DNA of 64,000 nt from a virus, in the IMG/VR virus record IMGVR_UViG_3300029210_000253. One strand, 5' to 3'. The position numbers and the translations under genes were made by a program. The notes beneath the pieces were generated by a model. That model was not told the origin of the DNA, ran no database searches, and saw only the letters and a list, made by a program, of their open reading frames with translations. Position 1 is the first letter of the stretch. Every line of letters begins with the position of its first letter. Positions 17,784 through 26,768 of this stretch are shown here, piece after piece.

Positions 17784-20396
17784 ATGATGGAAGGTTTAAG
17801 TAGCAAGGAAGTTCTACAGAATAGAGAGCTTCACGGTAGTAACAAACTCCCAGAGCCAAAATTGAATAAGTGGTATGATTTCGCAAAAGAAGCATTAAGT
17901 GAAAAAATTACAATGATTCTTATTGCAATTGCAGTATTACAGTTGGTTCTTGGTATCATGGGAGTTATGGATTTGGCAGATCCCATTATGATTTTAGTTG
18001 TCTTAGGTATTGTAACCTGTATTGCAGTAAAAACTGGATTAGGTGTTCAGAAATCAGCAGCAGAACTAAGAGCTAAAACATCTGTCAGGTATTGTGACGT
18101 AATTCGTGATGGAAAAGTACAGATAATTAATAAAAATGATTTGGTAGTGGGCGATTTAGTATGTGTTGGAATGGGACAGGAAATTTTTGCAGATGGTTAT
18201 TTAGTAGAAGGGAAAATCTCTGTAAATAATGCAGCTATTAATGGAGAAACAAAAGAGTGTGTTAAAACACCAATTCCTGAGTACGTACATACTAAAACAA
18301 CTTCTACATCAGCTTATACAAATCAGAATTGTTTATTTGCTGGTACTACCGTTATGAGTGGTGAAGGCAAGATGATTGTAACGGATGTTGGTATCAACAC
18401 TGTCAACGGTGATACATTAGTAAAGATGCAGACATTGGAGGCACCAAAGACTGCATTAGATATTGCATTAGATAACTTATGTGATTTTATTTCTAAATGG
18501 GGAACTATTGCAGCAGTTATTACTTTTGCAGTATTAACTATTTCGGGTATCTTAAATGTAGGGTTTGGAAAATATTTTAGTGGTGGAGTGTTAAACATCA
18601 TTCAGAAGTTTGCTCAGAATTTTTCAGTAGCTTTAACCATTATTGTAGCAGCTGTTCCTGAAGGACTTCCGTTAATTGTAAAGCTTGTCACTAAACAAAA
18701 TGTCAAAATAATGGAAGGATTTAACATCCTTGCAAAGAATCCTGGGAAAATTCCAGAATTAGCTTATGTCGATCTAATTTGTACTGATAAGACAGGAACT
18801 TTAACAACCGGTATTATGACGCCAAAAGTAATTATCGATGGAGCTGGTAATGAAGTAGATAAGAATTCTGATTTATGGAAGGTTATTAAAGCAAATATTA
18901 GTTTAAATAACAGTGCCACATTTGACTCAGAGAATAATATTACAGGTGGTAATTCAATTGATAGAGCAGTTTTAAGCCTGATTAAACCTGACGACTATAC
19001 TGATATTTGCAAAAGAAATCCTTTAATTCAGAAACAGGTATTTAATAGTCAGAATAAGTATTCTGCTTTTGAGAGTAAATATAATTGGGGTGACTCATTT
19101 ACATATTATAAAGGCGCTCCTGAGAAATTGCTTGAGCATTGTACACATTGGATGGATTTAGAAGCTATTCCATTTCATGAAAATGAAAAAGAGGAATTGT
19201 GTGAAAAGATTAAGTCTATGACAGAAAGATCTATTAGGTGTATTGCACTTGCATATTCTAATAGCCCTCTTGTAGAGAATGTATTACCAGATGATATGAT
19301 CTTCTTAGGAGTGATTGGTGTAGTTGATCCTGTTAGAGCAGAGGTTCCAGCAGCTGTAGAAACAGCTCATAAAGCCGGTATTCAAGTAATCGAGATTACA
19401 GGTGACTGTATCGAAACTGCAAGAGCTGTTGCTGCCGAGTGTGGTATTTATAAAGATGGAGATGTAGCCTTAACAAATGATGAATTCGAAGCTATGACAG
19501 ATGATGAAGTAAAACAGATCATCCCGTCACTGAGAGTCATTTCCAGATGTTCTCCAAATACCAAATTAAGACTTGTTACATTAGCTCAGGAAATTGGAAG
19601 GTCTGTGGCTATGACAGGTGATGGCGTAAATGATAGTCCAGCATTAAAGAGAGCAGACGTTGGATTTGGAATGCAGAGTGGATCTGATGTAGCAAAAGAG
19701 GCCTCAGATATTATTCTTACAGATGACAACTTTGCAAGTGTTGTAAAAGCGGTAGAACTGGGAAGAACATTTATGCATAACATTATGATGTTCTTGGAAT
19801 TCCAGTTACCGATTAACATTTCTTTACTTATTCTAAGTGTTATCTATCCTATGATTACAGCAAGTGCATTACTTGCATCTGTACAAATTCTTATCGTAAA
19901 TATCATTATGGATTCCCTTAATTCGTTATCATTTGGCGGAGAGCCACCAAAAGAAGAATATATGACAGAAAATCCTATTAAGAAGGGTTCTGGATTATTT
20001 ATTCGAGGAGCAAAAAAGAGAATTGCTTTAAGCACAATTACATTTATTGCACTATATGGAGTTATTACATTTGGTTCTATTTCAAAAATGTTCCCAACAG
20101 AGACAGCTACAATGACAGCAAGATTTGCTCTGTTATGCTTTATGGCGGTATTTAATGGTTTTAATATCCGTACTGAACATATTAATTTATTTAATGGTAT
20201 TGGCAAGAATAAAATGTTTTCTGCTATTGCAGTAGGAATTTTTGCTATGACATTTGCAATTTGTAATTTTGCTGGAAATCTCGTAAAGGTCACAGCATTA
20301 GATTTACAGCATTGGATGGTAATTCTGATTCTATCATTTATGGTTATTCCTGTTGACTTAATCAGAAAGATTGTCGAGAGAAAAAAGAATAATTAA
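17784..20396 (+). CDS. P-type (E1-E2) cation-transporting ATPase, Ca2+/Mg2+-type
   Basis: Phosphorylation motif ICTDKTGTLT, hinge TGDGVNDSPAL, N-terminal cation-ATPase segment, about 10 TM helices, 870 aa. Confidence 0.95.
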   Translation: MMEGLSSKEVLQNRELHGSNKLPEPKLNKWYDFAKEALSEKITMILIAIAVLQLVLGIMGVMDLADPIMILVVLGIVTCIAVKTGLGVQKSAAELRAKTSVRYCDVIRDGKVQIINKNDLVVGDLVCVGMGQEIFADGYLVEGKISVNNAAINGETKECVKTPIPEYVHTKTTSTSAYTNQNCLFAGTTVMSGEGKMIVTDVGINTVNGDTLVKMQTLEAPKTALDIALDNLCDFISKWGTIAAVITFAVLTISGILNVGFGKYFSGGVLNIIQKFAQNFSVALTIIVAAVPEGLPLIVKLVTKQNVKIMEGFNILAKNPGKIPELAYVDLICTDKTGTLTTGIMTPKVIIDGAGNEVDKNSDLWKVIKANISLNNSATFDSENNITGGNSIDRAVLSLIKPDDYTDICKRNPLIQKQVFNSQNKYSAFESKYNWGDSFTYYKGAPEKLLEHCTHWMDLEAIPFHENEKEELCEKIKSMTERSIRCIALAYSNSPLVENVLPDDMIFLGVIGVVDPVRAEVPAAVETAHKAGIQVIEITGDCIETARAVAAECGIYKDGDVALTNDEFEAMTDDEVKQIIPSLRVISRCSPNTKLRLVTLAQEIGRSVAMTGDGVNDSPALKRADVGFGMQSGSDVAKEASDIILTDDNFASVVKAVELGRTFMHNIMMFLEFQLPINISLLILSVIYPMITASALLASVQILIVNIIMDSLNSLSFGGEPPKEEYMTENPIKKGSGLFIRGAKKRIALSTITFIALYGVITFGSISKMFPTETATMTARFALLCFMAVFNGFNIRTEHINLFNGIGKNKMFSAIAVGIFAMTFAICNFAGNLVKVTALDLQHWMVILILSFMVIPVDLIRKIVERKKNN

Positions 20397-20415
20397 ATAG
20401 GAAGGAGAAATACAC

Positions 20416-21165
20416 ATGGGATTATTTAGTAAGTTATTTGGAGGAAACAAAACAGAGGTAGAAGAGAAAGTGCAGTCTACACCTGTTAATACGACAGCAT
20501 CAGTAATTGATATGTCTAAGTCAGCTGAAAATCTAAACAAGGTCCTTATTGATATGTCAAAAGGATCTAAAATCGACATGACTAAACATGTTGCAAGAGT
20601 AGCATTGGCAATGGATTATTCAGGCAGTATGGATAGGTTATATTATAACGGGGCTGTACAGAATGTTATTACTAGACTACTTCCAATTGCTTTAAAGTTT
20701 GACGATAATGGAGAATTAGAATCATGGCTATTTTCCAATCAGGAAGAAAGACTTCCAGCAGTAAATGTAAATAATTATGAAAATTATGTACAGAAAGTAA
20801 TGATGAAAGCTTGTATGAGTATGGGCGGAACAAATTACGCACCTGTTTTAAAAGATATGGTCAAGTATTATAAGGATATAGAACCAAGTAGTGTGCCTGC
20901 GTTTATTATCTTCATCACTGATGGTGAAAACTTTGATAAAGCAGAAACAAATAAGATCATCAAGGAGTTATCTAACTACAATATTTTCGTGCAGTTTATT
21001 GGAATTGGAAATGAGAGTTTTACATATCTTAAATCATTAGACAACATGGAAGGTCGTGTACATGACAATACTGGTTTTACAGCTGTAAAAGATATGAATA
21101 AGATGACAGACGGAGAATTATATACTGAGCTTCTTAGACAGTATAAAGATTGGCTGAACAAATAA
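20416..21165 (+). CDS. vWA-domain protein (TerY-like)
   Basis: MIDAS motif in ALAMDYSGSMDR; AGGAAGGAGAAA RBS. Confidence 0.75.
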   Translation: MGLFSKLFGGNKTEVEEKVQSTPVNTTASVIDMSKSAENLNKVLIDMSKGSKIDMTKHVARVALAMDYSGSMDRLYYNGAVQNVITRLLPIALKFDDNGELESWLFSNQEERLPAVNVNNYENYVQKVMMKACMSMGGTNYAPVLKDMVKYYKDIEPSSVPAFIIFITDGENFDKAETNKIIKELSNYNIFVQFIGIGNESFTYLKSLDNMEGRVHDNTGFTAVKDMNKMTDGELYTELLRQYKDWLNK

Positions 21166-21198
21166 TAAAAATATAAATAAAAGAAAGAGGTAGATATT

Positions 21199-21840
21199 AT
21201 GGCAAACGTAATCAATATGAGTAAGAATCAGAAAATCAATATGACCAAGGATGATGGAACTGCAATCAAAAACTTTTTCATTGGTGTAAATTGGGATCAG
21301 AATCGGTACGCAGGTGAAGCAGATATTGACTTTGACATTAATGGTTTTTTAACTAATAGTGACCGAAAGGTAACTTATCCAAAAGATATTGTTAATTACA
21401 ATACATATGGCGATGGCAGCGCATATCCATGGGTAGAGTATTCCGGTGATAACCTTACAGGTGATGATTCTCAGGGAATTACTTTCGATGGAAAACATTA
21501 TGATGAGTATTTTATTGTACATGCGGATACATTTCCAAAGGACAGAACAGATTTTACTATCTGCCTGACTATCTTTAGAGCAGTGCAGCGCCTTCAGAAC
21601 TTTGGAATGGTCAATAATGCAATAATGACTATTTGTGATTATGATAATCCAAATGGTACTAAGTGGGAATACGATCTTTCCGAAAATGAAAAGTTCGAAA
21701 GCCTTAATGCAGTAGAAATGGGTAGACTTTATCGATATGGTGATGGGTTTAAATTCCAGGCCCTTGGTTCAGGCTATGTCGGTGGTATGACTGAACTGTT
21801 CAAAAATTTTGGACTTGATATTGATGAAGGGAGAGATTAA
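21199..21840 (+). CDS. terD: TerD-domain protein (tellurite-resistance / Ca-binding stress protein family)
   Basis: INMSKNQKINMTK...GVNWD, SGDNLTGDD, QNFGMVNNA, ALGSGYVGGMTELFKNFGLD match TerD signatures. Confidence 0.9.
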   Translation: MANVINMSKNQKINMTKDDGTAIKNFFIGVNWDQNRYAGEADIDFDINGFLTNSDRKVTYPKDIVNYNTYGDGSAYPWVEYSGDNLTGDDSQGITFDGKHYDEYFIVHADTFPKDRTDFTICLTIFRAVQRLQNFGMVNNAIMTICDYDNPNGTKWEYDLSENEKFESLNAVEMGRLYRYGDGFKFQALGSGYVGGMTELFKNFGLDIDEGRD

Positions 21841-21843
21841 TCA

Positions 21844-22578
21844 ATGAATGGATTAATTTGGTTAATTTTCATTGCGATTATTGTTATTTTATTGTTTTTT
21901 ACAAAGACAGGCAAGAGGATTAGAATGAGGGCTTCTGGTACTGCTGATGAGATTATTACCAAGGACGCATCTACACCAGAAGGTGCCAAAGCATATTACA
22001 ATAAAGCAATTGAAGCTAAAGAACAGGATTACCAGAAAGCAAGTGCAATTCATGCTCAGATGCTTGGAAAGATTGAAAATTACGAGGATCAGCTACGCTC
22101 TTTAAAAAAGGAGAATATGCAGTTGGATTTAAATATCAATTCTTGTGTAGATAAGAATGATGATGAAGGTGCGAAAGTATATTTAAAGCGTCAGCAGGAA
22201 GTAACTGATAAAATTGAAATTATCAAAGATGCTTTAAAGGAATTAAAAGAAAATGCTGCCTTACAGGGAGAAACTGTAAAAGATATTTTTGAAAAGCTTG
22301 GTGAGTTAAAAGCAGAAAAAGAAACTGCTGTACTTACTCTTGAAACAGCTCAAGTGGCAAAGTCATTACAGGCTACTCCTGGTATCAATTCTAGTGAAGA
22401 AGATAAGATGCTGGAAAAGGTTCGTGATGGAATTAAGAAAACCAAAGAAGAATCTGATGGTAACAGGGTAGTGTATGAGAATTCCATCGCTGTTCAGATG
22501 AAGCGTCTTGACAAGAAAATGAAGGATGAAGAAATCCAGAAAAAATTAGATCAGCTAAAGGGGGCGAAGAATAAATGA
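21844..22578 (+). CDS. PspA/IM30 (phage-shock protein A / LiaH)-like coiled-coil protein with an N-terminal TM anchor
   Basis: Long heptad-like coiled coil paralleling PspA (KAIEAKEQDYQKASAIHAQM...LKRQQEVTDKIE...AALQGETV); N-terminal hydrophobic helix. Confidence 0.55.
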   Translation: MNGLIWLIFIAIIVILLFFTKTGKRIRMRASGTADEIITKDASTPEGAKAYYNKAIEAKEQDYQKASAIHAQMLGKIENYEDQLRSLKKENMQLDLNINSCVDKNDDEGAKVYLKRQQEVTDKIEIIKDALKELKENAALQGETVKDIFEKLGELKAEKETAVLTLETAQVAKSLQATPGINSSEEDKMLEKVRDGIKKTKEESDGNRVVYENSIAVQMKRLDKKMKDEEIQKKLDQLKGAKNK

Positions 22579-22707
22579 TTGTACTAAATATCGGTGTTTT
22601 TGTAATCTGTCTTGGTGTATGCTTTGGAGCAGGTTTTATCGTAGGAAAACGTAGGAAGAATAAATAATTCAAGAGTTGGTAGGTGTCATAGCCTACTAAC
22701 CCTATCA

Positions 22708-22759
22708 ATACACCATATATAGTAATTGTAAAATATAATATGTGCTATATATGGTGTAT
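22708..22759. repeat. perfect 15-bp inverted repeat (ATACACCATATATAG / CTATATATGGTGTAT) with a 22-nt AT spacer; candidate operator or attenuator
   Basis: Read directly from the sequence; lies in a rare non-coding spacer after the TerD/PspA block and overlaps the annotated start of the next ORF. Confidence 0.6.
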
Positions 22760-22790
22760 AAATTGCATTAGAAAGAAACGCACATTTCAT

Positions 22791-23186
22791 ATGGTTATGG
22801 AAGTAGGTGAGAAAGTGAAAAATATATTTTTAGAAGCTGCTATGAACTATGATAAGATGAGCGATTCAGAAAAAATAAAAGTAAACGATAATGTCAGAAA
22901 ACAATTTGACAATATCATTCATGGCAAACCTCCAAAAACAGAACAAGAAAAAGAGTTTTACAAACTTGGAAAAGAAGAACTAGAAGGATATAGACGAAAG
23001 AAGAAAGCCTTTTATAATAATCATATTCATTGGGACAACAATAAACGTAGAAAGCACGGACTTCCTGTATTAAGAGGCAATGTTAATAAACACCGTTTGA
23101 AAAAATATTCAGGATTCCATCCGTCTGTACGATTCTTTGGTATGATGGAAGATTTATTTGATGAGGTATTGATTACAACTATGTAA
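22791..23186 (+). CDS. hypothetical basic protein with an HWDNNKR-type motif; paralog of 52004-52264
   Basis: FYNNHIHWDNNKRRKHGLPVLR resembles FYANPIHWDNNKRKRAGLHTLR in the other gene; start at the internal ATG. Confidence 0.5.
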   Translation: MVMEVGEKVKNIFLEAAMNYDKMSDSEKIKVNDNVRKQFDNIIHGKPPKTEQEKEFYKLGKEELEGYRRKKKAFYNNHIHWDNNKRRKHGLPVLRGNVNKHRLKKYSGFHPSVRFFGMMEDLFDEVLITTM

Positions 23187-23273
23187 GATAATCTAAATTC
23201 TTTTGTAGAAGTAAAAGATTTGGCAGTTGGTGATGCGAATGTGTTTAGAGTGAGTGAATAGGAGAATAACAGT

Positions 23274-23525
23274 ATGGAGTTATCACAAGATGAAAGACAA
23301 AAATTTTTAGAGTTAATAGATAAAGTAAGTCCATGTGCTGCAATTTCTGAAAAAGAAAATCTTGAAAAGTTTAAAGAGTGGCTGGATAGTGATATGTCAA
23401 AAAAAGTTACATTTGTTGAAGCTCCAAAAATATTTAAAGATCAGGTTGGAAATGACAAAGTGCTTCTTATACCAACAAATGACGAAGCTATAAAGCCAAT
23501 AAAAGTAATATTCGAAGGAGAATAA
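23274..23525 (+). CDS. hypothetical protein
   Basis: GGAGAATAACAGT RBS. Confidence 0.5.
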   Translation: MELSQDERQKFLELIDKVSPCAAISEKENLEKFKEWLDSDMSKKVTFVEAPKIFKDQVGNDKVLLIPTNDEAIKPIKVIFEGE

Positions 23526-23529
23526 CAGT

Positions 23530-23808
23530 ATGAACAAAAGACAGAAAAAGAAATTATTTAAACAGACGCTTATTAAGGTTAGAAAACTGTATCCACAAAA
23601 AGGTGATGTGATTTGTTTTCAGCCAGATTTAGATTGGATTGATGCTGAAACTATGTGCCAGTTTATGAAAGTTTATTCGAATAATGATGTTTTCGGTGAA
23701 TCGAAGTTGGCTTTTGTACCTGCCAATATTAAGCAGCTTAAGTATAAAAAGAACGCTCAGATATATATTAACAAGCTGCAGAGTATTGTAGATCAGATGG
23801 GAGAATAA
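23530..23808 (+). CDS. hypothetical protein
   Basis: GGAGAATAACAGT RBS. Confidence 0.5.
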   Translation: MNKRQKKKLFKQTLIKVRKLYPQKGDVICFQPDLDWIDAETMCQFMKVYSNNDVFGESKLAFVPANIKQLKYKKNAQIYINKLQSIVDQMGE

Positions 23809-23857
23809 TAATACAACTTAATTGAATTAAGAAACAAGTGATTAGGAAGGAGAAAAT

Positions 23858-24325
23858 ATGATTTATAAATTAGTATTAGGTGATTGGTCAGATGATGGAC
23901 ATGGAATTTCAAAGGATTTTTTATTTGAATGTAATTACGATGTACACAAAATTAGACAAGCATATAAAGATAGCTGTAAAAAGTTAGGCGTTACATTTAA
24001 TCATAATAAAGATTATACAGGTCTTGGGTTAGGATATGGAAACGAGAGACAGGTGTGGACTGAATATGAGGAAGATGGTATTAGTAAAACAGCATTTGAA
24101 ATTTTAGATAAGGCTAACTGTTTTAATGGAATAGAATATTACGAAGATAATGATAAATATTACATTGAGTGTGATGAAGACTGTGCGAAACTTATTATGA
24201 ATTTTATTGCCTTATCTATGCCAGAAGATTTTACATACAAACTAATCGAGCAGGAATATGAATATATCAATGGTTATTGGAATGATGAATTAAATCATCA
24301 ATTTGGATATGGATTATTTGATTAG
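23858..24325 (+). CDS. hypothetical protein
   Basis: GGAAGGAGAAAAT RBS. Confidence 0.5.
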   Translation: MIYKLVLGDWSDDGHGISKDFLFECNYDVHKIRQAYKDSCKKLGVTFNHNKDYTGLGLGYGNERQVWTEYEEDGISKTAFEILDKANCFNGIEYYEDNDKYYIECDEDCAKLIMNFIALSMPEDFTYKLIEQEYEYINGYWNDELNHQFGYGLFD

Positions 24326-24435
24326 CAGGAATGAAGCATTTCTTGTTGATTTTATCTAAGAGCGTTTCTGCTCACAATTTCCAAATAAAAGAGAGAATAT
24401 ATAAGTGACAATAAAATTTTAAAGGAGATGTCACT

Positions 24436-25137
24436 ATGAGCAAAAAGAATTTTTTTAAAGGTCTTAAATTTCATTATCGTTTTAACGATAAGGAGTTATT
24501 AGACAAATATGAAACTATTGAAGATTTCTTAAATACAAGTTTTCCCAAGAATAATAATCCATTATCGCCAAATTTGGATACAGAAATTTTTAAGATTGTT
24601 TGGAATAGACATTTACTTTCTGATTATATTCCTAACCAGATTAAAACAGTAAAAGATTTGTTAATTATTTTGAGTAATGAAGATATTTGTAATGCTTTAT
24701 TAACTAAGCAATTTTGCAAATCAAAACTAAAGCAAAAACAAAAACACGAGGACTTGATTCGCAAAGAAGTATATTCCATTGATGAAGTTAGAGAAAAAGT
24801 AAAAGACATTCTATTTGAAAAAGATAAGAGAAATGCAAAGATTGATTTCGATGGAGATTTGATTAAGGGTAACAGTCAAAGATATCAGACTTTTTTCACA
24901 AAAGGTTGTAAATGCGCAATTTGTGGAATTGAAGGAAAATATTTTGCAAAAGAAAGACATTTACAAGATAAAGCATATCATCTGAATTTATATGCAGTTG
25001 ATGATAATGATACAGAAATTTTAATGACAAAAGATCATATTTTACCACGCTCAAAAGGTGGTATTGATGATATTAGTAACTATCAAACAATGTGTAAGCC
25101 TTGTAATGAAGCTAAAGGTAACAAATTAGAAAATTAA
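24436..25137 (+). CDS. HNH endonuclease (homing-endonuclease-like)
   Basis: C-terminal CKCAICG...H...NYQTMCKPCN HNH/zinc motif. Confidence 0.85.
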   Translation: MSKKNFFKGLKFHYRFNDKELLDKYETIEDFLNTSFPKNNNPLSPNLDTEIFKIVWNRHLLSDYIPNQIKTVKDLLIILSNEDICNALLTKQFCKSKLKQKQKHEDLIRKEVYSIDEVREKVKDILFEKDKRNAKIDFDGDLIKGNSQRYQTFFTKGCKCAICGIEGKYFAKERHLQDKAYHLNLYAVDDNDTEILMTKDHILPRSKGGIDDISNYQTMCKPCNEAKGNKLEN

Positions 25138-25206
25138 GAAGAAAGGAAAAATTGGAAAAGTTCCCATGGGAGTAAAGTGCGCACTACTTACTAAGGTAAG
25201 AGGAAC

Positions 25207-26373
25207 TTGGAAAACAAAGAAAGAGCATTAGCACATATTGAAAAAATTGAATGGGTAAGACCAATTGAAGGAGCAGATAACATCGAATTAATTGGAGTGT
25301 TAGGTTGGATTTGTATTGCAAAAAAGGGAGAATTTCAACCTGGCGATCTAGCCGTTTACATTGAAATTGACAGTAAATGTCCTGAGAATGATGAGAGATT
25401 CGCTTTCTTAGAGAGTAAGAAATACAAAGTCAAAACAATGAAACTCGGAAAATTCAATGTAATCAGCCAGGGACTTGCATTACCTGCAATTTTATTTCCC
25501 GAAGTAGCAAATGATTCAATTGGTACAGATATTACTGAAAAATTACATATTACATATTATTCAACAGATGATATCGCAAGAAAGTCTAATAAAATCGATC
25601 CAAATTCTAAATACAAATCTATGGCAGCTCGCCATAAAAATCTCGCAAAGAAAAAATGGTTCAGATGGTTAATGAAACACAGTTGGGGAAAGAAAATTCT
25701 CTTTCTATTCTTTGGAAAGAAAAAAGATAATCCAAAAGAATTTCCTAAGTGGATTGTTAAAACTGATGAAACGAGAATCGAAAATGCACCGTTTTATTTA
25801 CAAAGCACAGAAAAATGGGTAAAGACAGAAAAATTAGATGGTACAAGTTGCACTTTTGCTGTGGATCACAAGAAAAAAGGCAAGGATAAATTTGAATTTA
25901 TTGTTTGTAGCCGTAATGTAAGACAGGCAGACCGAGATCAGGCATGTTACCACGATAACAATATTTATTGGGAACTCGCTGATAAATATGACATTGAGAA
26001 GAAACTTACAGAATTAGCAATTACTGGTGGTTATGATCGCGTAGTTTTACAAGGTGAAGGCATAGGTTCGGTTCAGGGTAATCCGTATAAATTAAAAGAG
26101 AATGATTTATATATATTTAACCTAATTATTAATGGTATAAGAACAGGAACGGTGGTAATGGCTGAATATTGCGACAATCATGGTTTTAAACATGTGCCGA
26201 TTATTGATACAGCCTACGAACTTCCACATACAATGGAAGAAATGAAACTTGAAGCTGATGGCTACAGTGAGATTAATCCGAAAGTAAAAAGAGAAGGTTT
26301 CGTATATCGATCTCAAGATGGGCAGCAGAGTTTTAAAAACGTTAGCCGTGAGTATTTACTGAAACATTCATAA
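25207..26373 (+). CDS. ATP-dependent RNA ligase (Rnl family)
   Basis: Nucleotidyltransferase motif I KTEKLDGTS (KxDG) and an N-terminal OB-like segment; TTG start. Confidence 0.7.
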   Translation: MENKERALAHIEKIEWVRPIEGADNIELIGVLGWICIAKKGEFQPGDLAVYIEIDSKCPENDERFAFLESKKYKVKTMKLGKFNVISQGLALPAILFPEVANDSIGTDITEKLHITYYSTDDIARKSNKIDPNSKYKSMAARHKNLAKKKWFRWLMKHSWGKKILFLFFGKKKDNPKEFPKWIVKTDETRIENAPFYLQSTEKWVKTEKLDGTSCTFAVDHKKKGKDKFEFIVCSRNVRQADRDQACYHDNNIYWELADKYDIEKKLTELAITGGYDRVVLQGEGIGSVQGNPYKLKENDLYIFNLIINGIRTGTVVMAEYCDNHGFKHVPIIDTAYELPHTMEEMKLEADGYSEINPKVKREGFVYRSQDGQQSFKNVSREYLLKHS

Positions 26374-26384
26374 GGAGATTTTAG

Positions 26385-26768
26385 ATGAATAAACCTAAGT
26401 TGTATATTATTACAGGTCTGAGTGGTAGTGGTAAATCCACTATCGCCCAGGAACTGGCAAAAGAAAATCCAAATACAGTAATTGTGTCATCGGATGCTAT
26501 TAGAGAAGAATTAACTGGCAAAGTAGAAGACCAGACTAAAAATGAAGAAGTATTCAATATTTTTCACAATAGGATTCGTAAAAATTTGGAAAATAAAAAG
26601 AATGTAATAGCAGATGCAACCAACATTACTATGAAGTCACGTAGAGCAATTATGATGAAAGTAAATGGATTAGATATTGAGAAAATCTGTTATTTGATTC
26701 CAAAACCATATGAACAGTGTAAGGTTGATAATAAGAATAGATTGCATCCTGTTCTGATGAAGTGTTAG
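26385..26768 (+). CDS. P-loop polynucleotide 5'-kinase-like protein
   Basis: Walker A GLSGSGKST; small kinase fold next to the ligase and the HD protein. Confidence 0.6.
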   Translation: MNKPKLYIITGLSGSGKSTIAQELAKENPNTVIVSSDAIREELTGKVEDQTKNEEVFNIFHNRIRKNLENKKNVIADATNITMKSRRAIMMKVNGLDIEKICYLIPKPYEQCKVDNKNRLHPVLMKC

